From Candidatus Colwellbacteria bacterium (lineage in GTDB: Bacteria; Patescibacteriota; Minisyncoccia; UBA6257; Colwellbacteraceae): DNA of 49,921 nucleotides. The position numbers were made by a program, and so were the translations under genes. The stretch is taken from positions 1-49,921 of the forward strand of contig DAIDMW010000004.1 in assembly GCA_027448785.1 (NCBI GenBank). The letters are read 5' to 3'. Below, piece by piece: positions 10,309 to 19,439 of the stretch (position 1 is the stretch's first letter; the number at the start of each line of letters is the position of its first letter). Under the pieces are notes generated by a model. It had not been told where the DNA came from, did no database searches, and saw only the letters and a list, made by a program, of their open reading frames with translations.

Positions 10309-10550
10309 AAAAAACGCAAAACTAAAAGCTAAAAGCGAAAAACAGCGCCAAGGCGAGCGCAAAGCGCAAAACTAAAAGCTAAAAATAACGGCTAGCAGTT
10401 AGCCAAATCCTAAATTCGAAATACTAAATAACAAACTTAAAACCCTTCTGTGTTTGTGATTTCGGATTTGTTATTTCTGATTTGTTTAGGATTTCGATAT
10501 TAGGATTTATGATTTCGAGTTTTCGTTATTTTGCGCTTTTAGCTTTGCGC
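10281..10550. repeat. Large nested 7-bp-periodic imperfect palindrome (family copy 2)
   Basis: Outer left arm AAAGCGC/AAAACGC/AAAGCTA; linker AACGGCTAGCAGTTAGCC; inner AAATCCT/AAATTCG/AAATACT arm with mirror AGGATTT/CGATATT; outer right arm TTTGCGC/TTTTAGC. Confidence 0.85.
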
Positions 10551-10578
10551 TAATTTCTAGCGGCGGTATAATTGGACC

Positions 10579-10797
10579 ATGACATATCCATTAGGAGTCC
10601 CCGGCCTGACGCCGGTAATGATCTTTATACTGATCCTCTGGGTCCTTCCGTGGAAGGGGGTCGCTCTATGGAAAGCTGCGCGAAAAAACAATTTATGGTG
10701 GTTTATCGTTTTACTGGTGATCAACACCGTCGGCGTCTTGGAAATTTTATATATATTCGTCTTCAGCGAGCGTAAGGGGATAAAATCGGCTAAATGA
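10579..10797 (+). CDS. DUF5652-family small membrane protein
   Basis: LWVLPWKGVALWKAARKNNLWWFIVLLVINTVGVLEILYIF signature; TATAAT 6 nt before the ATG. Confidence 0.8.
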   Translation: MTYPLGVPGLTPVMIFILILWVLPWKGVALWKAARKNNLWWFIVLLVINTVGVLEILYIFVFSERKGIKSAK

Positions 10798-11453
10798 AGC
10801 GCAGAGGCCAATCCAGCCGAGATCCAGTAGCGGAGCTGACGGAAAAGAAGGCGCGAGCTCTTGCGATCCTGCGCGCCTTGAAAAAGCTTTTCCCTGATCC
10901 GAAGATGCAGCTCAACTACTCCAATAACTGGGAGCTTTTGGTCGCTGTTGTCTTGTCGGCACAATGCACCGATAAAAAGGTTAACGAGGTCACGGCCAGC
11001 CTGTTTAAAAAATACCGCAAGCTCGACGATTACCTAAAAGCCAAGCCGCGCGAATTTGAAAAAGACATCAAGCCTACCGGCTTTTATCACAGCAAGACTA
11101 AAAATATCCTCGCTGCGGCCGGAGTGGTGAAAGAGAAGTTCGGCGGCCGCCTGCCGAAAACAATGGACGAGATGCTCGCTATCCCAGGGGTCGGAAGGAA
11201 GACCGCCAATGTGGTTTTGTGGAACGCCTACGGGGTTGTTTCCGGAATCGCCGTCGATACTCACGTCCGCCGCCTCTCGCGCCTCCTCGGGCTCACCAAA
11301 CATTCCGATCCCGACAAGATCGAAAAGGATTTGGAAGTGGTTATCCCGAAGAAGGAATGGCCATACATAACCTACGCTTTAATCCAGTACGGACGAGAAT
11401 ATTGTCCGGCGCGATCGCACGATCACTCCGCCTGTCCACTTTCGAAAAAATAA
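10794..11453 (+). CDS. nth: Endonuclease III (degenerate Fe-S motif)
   Basis: LLVAVVLSAQCTDKKVN, HhH IPGVGRKTANVV, AVDTHVRR. Confidence 0.95.
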   Translation: MKRRGQSSRDPVAELTEKKARALAILRALKKLFPDPKMQLNYSNNWELLVAVVLSAQCTDKKVNEVTASLFKKYRKLDDYLKAKPREFEKDIKPTGFYHSKTKNILAAAGVVKEKFGGRLPKTMDEMLAIPGVGRKTANVVLWNAYGVVSGIAVDTHVRRLSRLLGLTKHSDPDKIEKDLEVVIPKKEWPYITYALIQYGREYCPARSHDHSACPLSKK

Positions 11454-11640
11454 ACTACCTCACTGCAAGCGGCGAGATATTGCAGATGAAAATGAAGCTT
11501 CACGGGCTTACGCCCGCGGTATCTCACATTTCTTCGCGGAATCCGCCGAAGCACCCTCCTTCGCTCTTCGGGCTTCGGAGGGTCCGCCGCGCTCTCATTC
11601 CCGGGCTTACGCCCGGGGTATTCTCGCGTAGGCGGATAAA
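11454..11640 (+). mobile_element. Non-autonomous hairpin-ended miniature element (IS200/IS605-end-like), composite
   Basis: Two near-identical hairpins CACGGGCTTACGCCCGCG (11501-11518) and CCCGGGCTTACGCCCGGG (11600-11617); a CTCACTGC-AA-GCGGCGAG hairpin (11459-11476); an internal CCCTCCTTCGCTCTTCGGGCTTCGGAGGG hairpin; no transposase. Confidence 0.55.
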
Positions 11641-11653
11641 AAAATCCCCCATC

Positions 11654-12097
11654 CTAAGATGAGGGATCTGGTCTAAATAGGAAATCGTTTGCCGTACAGT
11701 AAGCGAACATATCGATCGGGAAGCGTCCGGGATCAAACGAGTATGGTTCGATGAAGGTCGGCAGGGTCAGGGCCGAGAATGCTTCTCGCACGTCCGCGTC
11801 GTTCTCGCCGCCGCCCGGTATAACGTGATGGCGGGAAAGAAGCTTTCTGCGCAGCTCTCGGTATCGCGGATGATCAGGCAAGGCTAAGACGGAAAAGATC
11901 TCGTCAACGACATATTCGTCGTTAGTCTCTCCCAAGCGACGCCCGGCGAGTATCTCTAGAATTCGGTAGAGAACGTACTTTACGGAAAACTCGCCGTACT
12001 GCGAACCGTTGTTCTTGGCGAATAATACAAGTCGCAAAACGGCGTTCGCCAGCCAAAGATCGCCCTCCGGCCATATGAGGCTACCCACTTTCGTCAC
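11654..12097 (-). CDS. Hypothetical protein
   Basis: 147-aa ORF filling the nth-nfo gap; no recognised motif; start uncertain. Confidence 0.5.
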   Translation of the reverse strand: MTKVGSLIWPEGDLWLANAVLRLVLFAKNNGSQYGEFSVKYVLYRILEILAGRRLGETNDEYVVDEIFSVLALPDHPRYRELRRKLLSRHHVIPGGGENDADVREAFSALTLPTFIEPYSFDPGRFPIDMFAYCTANDFLFRPDPSS

Positions 12098-12185
12098 ATC
12101 CTTATCCGGCTAATTGGTGCAGATCCAATCCAAAGGTAGACCAATTTAATTGTGAAGTCCAGCACCGGGGTTTAAAATATTACCC

Positions 12186-13070
12186 ATGCCAAGGGAGATC
12201 AAAATAGGCGCCCATCTTTCTGCCGCCGGCGGTCTGGCGAATGCCGTTTTCTCCGCGGAAAGCATGGACTTGAACTGCCTGCAGATTTTTGGGGCCTCGC
12301 CCAGACAGTGGCGCACCAAGCTTCCTTCGGAAGCCGATATTAGAGCTTTTAAGTCGGCAAGAAAAGCGGCCGGACTAGAGGAGGTCTATCTGCATGCGGC
12401 TTATTTGGTGAATCTCGCCTCCCCCGATCAGGAAATACTGTCGAAGTCAGTTGGCAACTTAGCCGAGCATTTCCGCATCGCCCAGGAACTAGAGGCCGAC
12501 GGGTTGGTTTTTCACATAGGTTCAGGGAAAGAGCTGCCAAAGCGCACGGCTATGGAGAAAGTGGCGGAAGGAGTGCGCTCGATTTTGAAAGAGATACCCG
12601 GGCCGGCGAAAATCATACTGGAAAACTCCGCTGGCGGAGGACAAAAACTCGGCTCGTTTCCGGAGGAGATCGGCGAGATGTTGGAATTAATCGATTCGAA
12701 GCGGGCAGCGGTATGCTTTGACACGGCGCATGGCTTGGAAGCGGGGCTGATTCCCGAGTACACCATAAGCGGCGTAAAAACGTTTTTCGAGCGCTGGGAA
12801 GAGGCTGTCGGTTGGGAAAGGACGCCGGTGATCCACGCCAACGATTCGCGCACCGCGCCCTCATCTTGTCATGACCAGCACGAGAACATCGGTCGGGGAT
12901 ATATCGGCGTGCAGGGATTTAAAAATTTAGCGGCTATAGAAGCCGTGCGAATGAAAGCTTGGATTATGGAGGTTCCCGGATTCGACGGCGACGGCCCAGA
13001 CAGTCAAAATGCAGATCTCCTAAGGGAAATCCTTTTAACCGCAAAACGAAAAGCTAAAAGCGAAAAATAA
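12186..13070 (+). CDS. nfo: Endonuclease IV
   Basis: IGAHLS, HAAYLVNLAS, VFHIG, ILENSAG, CFDTAH, HANDS, DQHENIG Zn-ligand motifs. Confidence 0.95.
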   Translation: MPREIKIGAHLSAAGGLANAVFSAESMDLNCLQIFGASPRQWRTKLPSEADIRAFKSARKAAGLEEVYLHAAYLVNLASPDQEILSKSVGNLAEHFRIAQELEADGLVFHIGSGKELPKRTAMEKVAEGVRSILKEIPGPAKIILENSAGGGQKLGSFPEEIGEMLELIDSKRAAVCFDTAHGLEAGLIPEYTISGVKTFFERWEEAVGWERTPVIHANDSRTAPSSCHDQHENIGRGYIGVQGFKNLAAIEAVRMKAWIMEVPGFDGDGPDSQNADLLREILLTAKRKAKSEK

Positions 13071-13148
13071 CGACGAATTGTTAGCTGTCGGCTCTTTTAA
13101 CTTTTGCGCTTTTAATTTTGCTCTTTTTCTTTCCCCTTTCCCTTTGCG
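13040..13148. repeat. 7-bp-periodic imperfect palindrome (family copy 3), overlapping the nfo 3' end
   Basis: AAAACGA-AAAGCTA-AAAGCGA, spacer, then TTTTAAC-TTTTGCG-CTTTTAA-TTTTGC. Confidence 0.75.
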
Positions 13149-13172
13149 CGGGCAGATTTTATAATAAAAGCA

Positions 13173-13445
13173 ATGCCGAGGAGTAAGTTGGAAAAAATAA
13201 AGCAGGAGGGAGAAAACGTTAAGAAAGAAGTAAGGGAGCAAACCGTCGGATTGATTATCGCCGCTTTCGGTCTGGTGGCCGGATTAGCCTGGAACGACGC
13301 CGTTAAGTCGCTGATCGAGTATTTTTTTCCGCTCAACGCAGCGACGCTGGTTGCAAAGTTCACTTACGCTCTGATCTTAACAGTAATTTTAGCCGTCCTA
13401 GCCTACGGTTTGAATAAGTTGCGCAATCAATCGATCGAGAAATAA
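13173..13445 (+). CDS. DUF5654-family small membrane protein
   Basis: AAFGLVAGLAWNDAVKSLI...KFTYALILTVI signature. Confidence 0.8.
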   Translation: MPRSKLEKIKQEGENVKKEVREQTVGLIIAAFGLVAGLAWNDAVKSLIEYFFPLNAATLVAKFTYALILTVILAVLAYGLNKLRNQSIEK

Positions 13446-13475
13446 AAAAAGTCGAAAAAAAACAGATAAAAACAA

Positions 13476-14090
13476 ATGAAACACACTCTGCCTGAATTGC
13501 CATACGCTTTCAATGCACTGGAGCCGCACATCGACGCGAAGACTATGGAGATCCATTACGGCAAGCATCACCAAGGATATGTCGACAAACTTAATGCCGC
13601 CCTCGAAGGACACACTGATTTGCAGGAACTGAGCGTCAAGGAGCTTTTGTCCGATTTGGATCGCGTCCCGGAGGACATCAGGACCGCCGTCAGGAATAAC
13701 GGCGGCGGACACGCTAATCACTCGCTTTTCTGGAAGATGATGAAGCCCGGAGGAGGAGGGGAACCGCAGGGGGAATTGAAAGAGGCTCTCGACCGCAAGT
13801 TCGGCGATTTCTCCAAATTTCAAGAGGCATTTACTAACGCCGCCGCTACTCTTTTCGGCAGCGGCTGGGCCTGGCTGGTAGTCAACAAAGAAGGGGAGCT
13901 GGAGATAATCCAGACGCCGAATCAGGATTCTCCGCTAAGCCGCGGCCTTATGCCGGTTTTGGGGTTGGATGTCTGGGAGCACGCCTACTACCTCCATTAC
14001 CAGAATCGCCGGCCGGAGTATATAAAGGCCTGGTGGAACGTTGTGGATTGGGAGAACATTGCAGAGAACTACCGCAGCGCTCGTTCTTAA
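13476..14090 (+). CDS. sodA: Superoxide dismutase, Mn-type features
   Basis: [19 protein letters not shown] (Mn-type GGG), [16 protein letters not shown]. Confidence 0.93.
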   Translation: MKHTLPELPYAFNALEPHIDAKTMEIHYGKHHQGYVDKLNAALEGHTDLQELSVKELLSDLDRVPEDIRTAVRNNGGGHANHSLFWKMMKPGGGGEPQGELKEALDRKFGDFSKFQEAFTNAAATLFGSGWAWLVVNKEGELEIIQTPNQDSPLSRGLMPVLGLDVWEHAYYLHYQNRRPEYIKAWWNVVDWENIAENYRSARS

Positions 14091-14107
14091 GGGATAAGAT
14101 TACCGAT

Positions 14108-14138
14108 AAAAAACGCGGAGATAACTCCGCGTTTTTTT
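14108..14138. terminator. Bidirectional intrinsic terminator
   Basis: AAAAAACGCGGAG-ATAA-CTCCGCGTTTTTTT between convergent genes. Confidence 0.9.
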
Positions 14139-14153
14139 ATTGGGCCACGAAAA

Positions 14154-15500
14154 CTATGACGGCTCGATGGCCAGCTTTTCGACTGCATGGCCGTCGGTAA
14201 AGTAAAGAAGGTTGGCGCTCGAATCATAAGCGAAGCTCTTAACGTTTCCGGAAATCTTTACCATATTTAGCGGCGGATTGCGGTCGTCGACCTCACTGAA
14301 GTAAAGGTTCGTTCCGCTCTGCAGGAAAAGATGGGCTCCATCGTCGTACCAGACGACATCCGACGAGATATTCGGCAGCTCGGTATTCATTGTTATCGTC
14401 TTTCTGGTCGCTATCGTGTAATCGCTCACCACGCCGTCTCCAGAAAGGTAGATTAAGTCCTGGCCGACTGGGGAAAGAGAAATGTCGCTGACTGCGGATG
14501 CCAGAAGTTTGGGAGCTTGGTTTTTGTTTAGCACATAAAGCCGGCCGTCGTTATAAAGGACGAAAAGCTGGCCGCCGGCCGAGGCGGTGGTCAGATCTTT
14601 GACGCCGCTTGCGTCGGTCGGGGAATTGCTGAACTTGCCGAACACCTGGAAGACGACATTATATGATTCGACCCCGTTGGAGTTTATCCAATAAACGTCA
14701 TTGCCTCCGCTGGCGTATGCCGAGAGTTTGCCGGAGATGAGCTGGGCGCTATGTTGTCCAAGGTTCAATCCGTAAAGGCCCAAGTTGGTGCGGATAAGGA
14801 TATACCGGTCGCTGACCGAGGAGAAGGACATTCCGGCGACCTGCTCGCGCGGAGAGAGGATTCTGCGGGCATCCAGCGTGAATTCGGAGAGCAGATTTAC
14901 TGGAACCGAAGAGGAGAGGGGATCGGAGAGGTAGTACCCTCCGGTCAGTGCGCTGTAGGTGATGAGCTGCCCGCTATTGCTGACATCCACGATTTTATTT
15001 CCGCGCATCCTCTGGTCGGCGACGTAGATTACACCGCCACTGGTTTCGGTGATCAAATTGCCGCTGGCCAGACCAATACTGCTTATTCCCTGCGAGGCGG
15101 CGGCAGCGGTGCTGGTCGGCAAGGTAACGGCTATCGCGGCGTTCTGGGGAACGAGCACGACGCTGTCGTAAACCGAGACCAACCCCGGATTGACCTCGAT
15201 GTTCTTCTTCCAAATTGAATAGCCGTTTTCTGAAACGGTTACCTTGTACCGGCCGCTGGTCAGATTGTCGATAAGCGTTCCCGGGGTGAGGATGTTGGAA
15301 GCGTTGGCAATCGGCTTTCCGTCCAGCGTCAGCGCGGCGTTGCTCGGGTGGCTGATGATGTAAATGCCGCCGGTCTTCTCGATGGTCAGGGTTTTAAAGT
15401 TGAAGCGGTTGCCCAGGGCGTAAAGGATCAAAACGCCGCTTAGGATGACGAATAGAAACGAAAAAATTATGAAAAGAACTCGCCGCTTAATAGGTGTCAT
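14154..15500 (-). CDS. Membrane-anchored PEGA-domain protein with probable beta-propeller
   Basis: N-terminal TM, KTGGIYIISHPSNAALTLDGK...LTSGRYKVTVSENGYSIWKK (PEGA), then beta-rich repeats. Confidence 0.75.
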   Translation of the reverse strand: MTPIKRRVLFIIFSFLFVILSGVLILYALGNRFNFKTLTIEKTGGIYIISHPSNAALTLDGKPIANASNILTPGTLIDNLTSGRYKVTVSENGYSIWKKNIEVNPGLVSVYDSVVLVPQNAAIAVTLPTSTAAAASQGISSIGLASGNLITETSGGVIYVADQRMRGNKIVDVSNSGQLITYSALTGGYYLSDPLSSSVPVNLLSEFTLDARRILSPREQVAGMSFSSVSDRYILIRTNLGLYGLNLGQHSAQLISGKLSAYASGGNDVYWINSNGVESYNVVFQVFGKFSNSPTDASGVKDLTTASAGGQLFVLYNDGRLYVLNKNQAPKLLASAVSDISLSPVGQDLIYLSGDGVVSDYTIATRKTITMNTELPNISSDVVWYDDGAHLFLQSGTNLYFSEVDDRNPPLNMVKISGNVKSFAYDSSANLLYFTDGHAVEKLAIEPS

Positions 15501-16807
15501 TTTATTATCTTTATCTTAGCCCCCAAGGAGTTCAACCGAGAGCTGATATCTTCGTATCCGCGGTTGATGGTATAGACATTACGCAGAGTCGATACCCCTT
15601 TGGCGGCCATCATCCCGATCATGATGATCGCCGCCGGGCGCAAAGCCGGGGGCGCCACGACCTCGGCGGCCTTGAGCGGGGTTACACCTTTAATGAAGAC
15701 GCGGTGCGGGTCGGCTAGGGTGATGCTCGCTCCCAGCTTGGTTAGCTCGGTGTAATAGATGGCGCGATTTTCGTAAACCCAGTCGTGGATGAGCGTTTCT
15801 CCTTTGGCTTGCGTAGCGATCGGAACGAAGAAAGGCAGGTTGTCGATGTTCAATCCCGGGAAGGGGCGCGCGTATATCTTCTCCTCCAGCGCTTTCAATT
15901 TGGAAGGGAAAGTTTGGATATCAGCCAGGTTGGTGAAGCCGTTCCTCGCCTTATACCGGCGGAGTATCTTGTAGCGGAAACCCATCTTTTCCAGCTTTAA
16001 AAGCTCCAGCTCCAGGAAATCTATCGGACAGCGCTCGACGGTGATGCTGGAGCCGGTGGTGGCCGCCAAGCTTATGAACATCATCGACTCGATCGGATCT
16101 TCGCTGATGTAAAATTCCACCGGCGCCGATAGTTCTTTGCGGCCGGTGATGGAAAGAGTGGTGGTGCCTATTCCGTCGATCTGTACTCCCAGTTCCTGCA
16201 GGAAAAAGCAGAGGTCTTGAATTTGGTAGTTGGCCGAGGCCAGCTTCAAAACAGTTGTTCCTTCGATCCTGGCAGCGGCCATAATCGCATTTTCAGTAGC
16301 CGTGTCTCCCGATTCGTAAAGGACGATCTCGGCCGGGCGGAGCCTCTCCGCTTTTACTTCGTATGCGTCGGAAAGAGCTTTGATTTTCACGCTCAATTTT
16401 TCCAGGGCAAAAAGATGCGGGCGCACGGTCCGCGCGCCCAGCTTGCAGCCACCGGGCTGGGGGATCTTAAAATGGGATTTCAAGTGTACCAGCGGTCCGA
16501 GGAGTAGGATGACGCTTCTGGTCATCATCGCCGCCTGGCGGTCTATTTCTTCAAGTTTTAATTCGCCGGCTTTGATTTCCAGGTCGCGCTCGTTGAGCCA
16601 CTTAACTTTGACGCCGATGCTTTTCAGCACCTCGATGATGCGGTTGACCTCTTCGATTCTCGGGACGCCGCGCAGTACGGTTTTGTCCTTATTTAAAAGA
16701 GCCGCCTGCAGCAGCGCGACGGCCGAGTTCTTCGACGAGTTGGTTGAGATTTTTCCCGAAAGCTTTTCTCCTCCTTCGATGCGGAAGTTAATGGTTTTAT
16801 CTGGCAT
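15497..16807 (-). CDS. murA: UDP-N-acetylglucosamine 1-carboxyvinyltransferase
   Basis: SKNSA, PGGCKLGAR active-site Cys loop, PFPGLNIDN, YENR, INRGYE. Confidence 0.93.
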   Translation of the reverse strand: MPDKTINFRIEGGEKLSGKISTNSSKNSAVALLQAALLNKDKTVLRGVPRIEEVNRIIEVLKSIGVKVKWLNERDLEIKAGELKLEEIDRQAAMMTRSVILLLGPLVHLKSHFKIPQPGGCKLGARTVRPHLFALEKLSVKIKALSDAYEVKAERLRPAEIVLYESGDTATENAIMAAARIEGTTVLKLASANYQIQDLCFFLQELGVQIDGIGTTTLSITGRKELSAPVEFYISEDPIESMMFISLAATTGSSITVERCPIDFLELELLKLEKMGFRYKILRRYKARNGFTNLADIQTFPSKLKALEEKIYARPFPGLNIDNLPFFVPIATQAKGETLIHDWVYENRAIYYTELTKLGASITLADPHRVFIKGVTPLKAAEVVAPPALRPAAIIMIGMMAAKGVSTLRNVYTINRGYEDISSRLNSLGAKIKIIK

Positions 16808-16856
16808 ATGGGCAATTATATGCCTGCCTTTTCCGGAGCGCCAGAGGAGAATAAGT

Positions 16857-16945
16857 GCAAAGCTAAAAAATAAAAGCGAAAAACAACAACATAGTCCGTT
16901 AAGATCGTTATTTTGCGCTTTGCGCTTTTAGTTTTTAGCTTATTT
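16857..16945. repeat. 7-bp-periodic imperfect palindrome (family copy 4) in the murA/mreB divergent region
   Basis: GCAAAGCTAAAAAATAAAAGCGAAAA ... TTTTGCGCTTTGCGCTTTTAGTTTTTAGCTT. Confidence 0.75.
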
Positions 16946-16973
16946 TGACACCTCCAGCCAAACATAATAATAT
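16945..16973 (+). promoter_or_regulatory. Putative sigma70 promoter of mreB paralogue 1
   Basis: TTGACA-N17-TAATAT ending 11 nt before the ATG. Confidence 0.55.
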
Positions 16974-16984
16974 AGCGTTGTTAT

Positions 16985-17992
16985 ATGTTTACCCGCAGAA
17001 TTGGTATCGATTTAGGAACGGCGAACACGGTTGTTTTCGTTCCAGGAAAAGGCTTCGTCATTAATGAACCGACGATTGTCGCCTTGAGTTTGCCTAAGAA
17101 CAACGTACTTGCGGTCGGCCGCGAAGCGAAGGAAATGATCGGCCGCACTCCCGAAAACATCGTGGCTTACAAGCCGCTGCGCGAAGGCGTGGTGGCCGAT
17201 TATTATATCACCCGCGCGATGCTGAAATACTTCATTAACCGCGCGGTTGGCGGAATGAATGTCGTCCGTCCCGACGTCGTCATCTCCGTTCCCGCCGGCA
17301 TTACGGCGACCGAGCGTCGCGCGGTGATCAACGCCGCCGTCGAAGCCGGCGCCAGGAATGCTTATGTGGTTCGCGAGCCGCTTCTCGCCGCCTTGGGCGC
17401 TGGCATCACCATCAACTCTTCGTCCGGTAATATGATCATCAATATCGGCGGCGGAACCTCCGAGGTGGCGGTTATCTCCTTAGGCAGCGTGGTTTGCTGG
17501 TCTTCCCTGCGGGTGGCCGGCAACAAGTTCGACGACGCGATCATCAACTACATCAAGAAAAAATATTCGATCGTCATCGGCGAGCAGACGGCGGAAATGA
17601 TCAAGATCGCCGCCGGATCCGCCCTGCCGGTCAAGAACGGCATTGAAGTCGAGTTCCGCGGGCGCGATCTTATTTCCGGTCTGCCGAAGGACTTGACCAT
17701 AACCTCGAATGAGATCGCCGAAGCACTCAACCCGCACCTGATGGATATCGCCGCCTCGGTCCAGGAAGTTTTTAACCAGACTCCGCCGGAGCTGGTAGCC
17801 GACGTTATGGAAAAGGGGATAATCCTTTCCGGTGGCAGCGCTGGTTTGCGCAACATCGACGAATTCTTCAAGCGCTTTCTCGGCGTTCCGGTTTACGTCG
17901 CCGACGAGTCCATTTTCTGCGTGGCTAAGGGGACCGGAATCATCCTCGACCACCTCGACGTTTATCAGCGCACTCTGTTGAATAAGAAATAA
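16985..17992 (+). CDS. mreB: Rod shape-determining protein MreB/Mbl paralogue 1
   Basis: IGIDLGTANT, EAKEMIGRTP, NIGGGTSE, GEQTAEMIK, LSGGSA. Confidence 0.9.
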   Translation: MFTRRIGIDLGTANTVVFVPGKGFVINEPTIVALSLPKNNVLAVGREAKEMIGRTPENIVAYKPLREGVVADYYITRAMLKYFINRAVGGMNVVRPDVVISVPAGITATERRAVINAAVEAGARNAYVVREPLLAALGAGITINSSSGNMIINIGGGTSEVAVISLGSVVCWSSLRVAGNKFDDAIINYIKKKYSIVIGEQTAEMIKIAAGSALPVKNGIEVEFRGRDLISGLPKDLTITSNEIAEALNPHLMDIAASVQEVFNQTPPELVADVMEKGIILSGGSAGLRNIDEFFKRFLGVPVYVADESIFCVAKGTGIILDHLDVYQRTLLNKK

Positions 17993-18000
17993 AGCAGACC

Positions 18001-18828
18001 ATGCTCATCGGCCACGACAAGCTGGTTACGGACTTCAAGCGCCTGGCCGACGAAGGCGGTTTGTTCCACGCTTATCTTTTTGTCGGCGAAAAGGGAGTCG
18101 GCAAGTTCTCTTTCGCCCTGGCTTTGGGCAATTATTTGGAAAAAGGAAGGTTCGATCTTCTGGGAGAGAACGAAGTCCTCGGAGAACTTCTGATCGTTCG
18201 CCCCGAGGAAAGGGAAACGATCGGAATAGATCAGATTAGGCGCATCCGCTACTTTCTTTCGGAAAAGCCGGTGCGCGGAACCAAGCGTTTGGTGATAATC
18301 GACCAAGCCGAGACCCTGACCGACCAGGCCGCCAATGCCTTGCTTAAGGTTCTCGAGGAACCGCCGGAAAGTGGACTTTTGGTGTTGATAGCTGAAAGCG
18401 CCGAATCGGTTTTTCGCACCATTCGTTCCAGAACCCAGGTGGTCTATTTTGGCAAAGCTGGGGAAAAAGAGGTCGCCGCCTGGCTCACCGAAGAAAAAGG
18501 CCTTAAGAAGGCCGAGGCGGAAAAAATCGCCGCACTCTCGTTCGGAAAGCCGGGCGCGGCCTCCCGCCTGAGCGGCGAGAAGGGCGTGACGCTGGCTCTG
18601 GCCGAGGAGTTCTTGGCAAGCCCGTCCAAACGCTCGGCCATCATTAGACAGCTTCTGGACGAGGAGGCTAGCGTGCCGGAATTTTTGGAAGATCTTCTTC
18701 TCCTGCTGCGCCGCTCTCCGCAGCCCGAATTCAAAGCGATGCGCGCGGTGACGGAGACAATGACCAGGGTGATGGATTATAATGTGAACAAGCGCCTGCA
18801 GCTCGAAGCCATGGCAGCCGATATGTAA
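18001..18828 (+). CDS. holB: DNA polymerase III delta-prime subunit
   Basis: FHAYLFVGEKGVGK, IGIDQIR, AANALLKVLEEPP, TIRSR. Confidence 0.85.
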   Translation: MLIGHDKLVTDFKRLADEGGLFHAYLFVGEKGVGKFSFALALGNYLEKGRFDLLGENEVLGELLIVRPEERETIGIDQIRRIRYFLSEKPVRGTKRLVIIDQAETLTDQAANALLKVLEEPPESGLLVLIAESAESVFRTIRSRTQVVYFGKAGEKEVAAWLTEEKGLKKAEAEKIAALSFGKPGAASRLSGEKGVTLALAEEFLASPSKRSAIIRQLLDEEASVPEFLEDLLLLLRRSPQPEFKAMRAVTETMTRVMDYNVNKRLQLEAMAADM

Positions 18829-18901
18829 AAAACGCAAAGTGCAAAGCGCAAAGCGAAAAATAAAGTCGTGTTTCGTATTTAGTATTTAGAAATTAGAATT
18901 T
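18827..18901. repeat. 7-bp-periodic repeat (family copy 5; outer left arm plus inner right arm)
   Basis: AAAACGC-AAAGTGC-AAAGCGC-AAAGCGA then TTTCGTA-TTTAGTA-TTTAGAA-ATTAGAA. Confidence 0.7.
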
Positions 18902-18911
18902 TTTTGTTTTT

Positions 18912-19439
18912 ATGGATTACCAAAAAGAGTTCAGTGAAAAAAACATGCAGATTCTCGCGGATTTCAAAGAGGAGCTCTTGGGTTTTCGCACCAACCGGCC
19001 GAGCGCCAAGTTGGTCGAAAACGTAAAAGTCGAATACTCCGGAACCGTCTTAAGCGTCAACCAGTTGGGCTCGATCAGCATCGATCCGCCGCGCGACATT
19101 ATTATCAGCGTCTGGGACAAGAGCGCCATCGCGCCGATGGTGAAGGCGATAGAATCCGCCAATCTCGGGCTCAGCGTCCAGAGCGACAGTGCCGGACTGC
19201 GGATCAAATTTCCCGAACTGACCGAGGAAAGGCGGCGCGAATTGCAGAAGGCGATTAAGGCTTCGGCCGAAGAAGCACGGATAAAAATGCGCATGGCCCG
19301 CGACGAAATCAATAAGGCCATTTCCAAGGAGGCCGACGAAAATGCCAAGTTCAAGGCCAAAGAAGGCTTGCAAAAAGAAGTTGATTCCTTCAATAAATCG
19401 GTTGACGAGCTGGTTGAGAATAAAATGAAAGATTTATGA
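18912..19439 (+). CDS. frr: Ribosome recycling factor
   Basis: FRTNRPS, VKVEYSG, VWDKS, FPELTEERRREL, EEARIKMRMAR. Confidence 0.92.
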   Translation: MDYQKEFSEKNMQILADFKEELLGFRTNRPSAKLVENVKVEYSGTVLSVNQLGSISIDPPRDIIISVWDKSAIAPMVKAIESANLGLSVQSDSAGLRIKFPELTEERRRELQKAIKASAEEARIKMRMARDEINKAISKEADENAKFKAKEGLQKEVDSFNKSVDELVENKMKDL

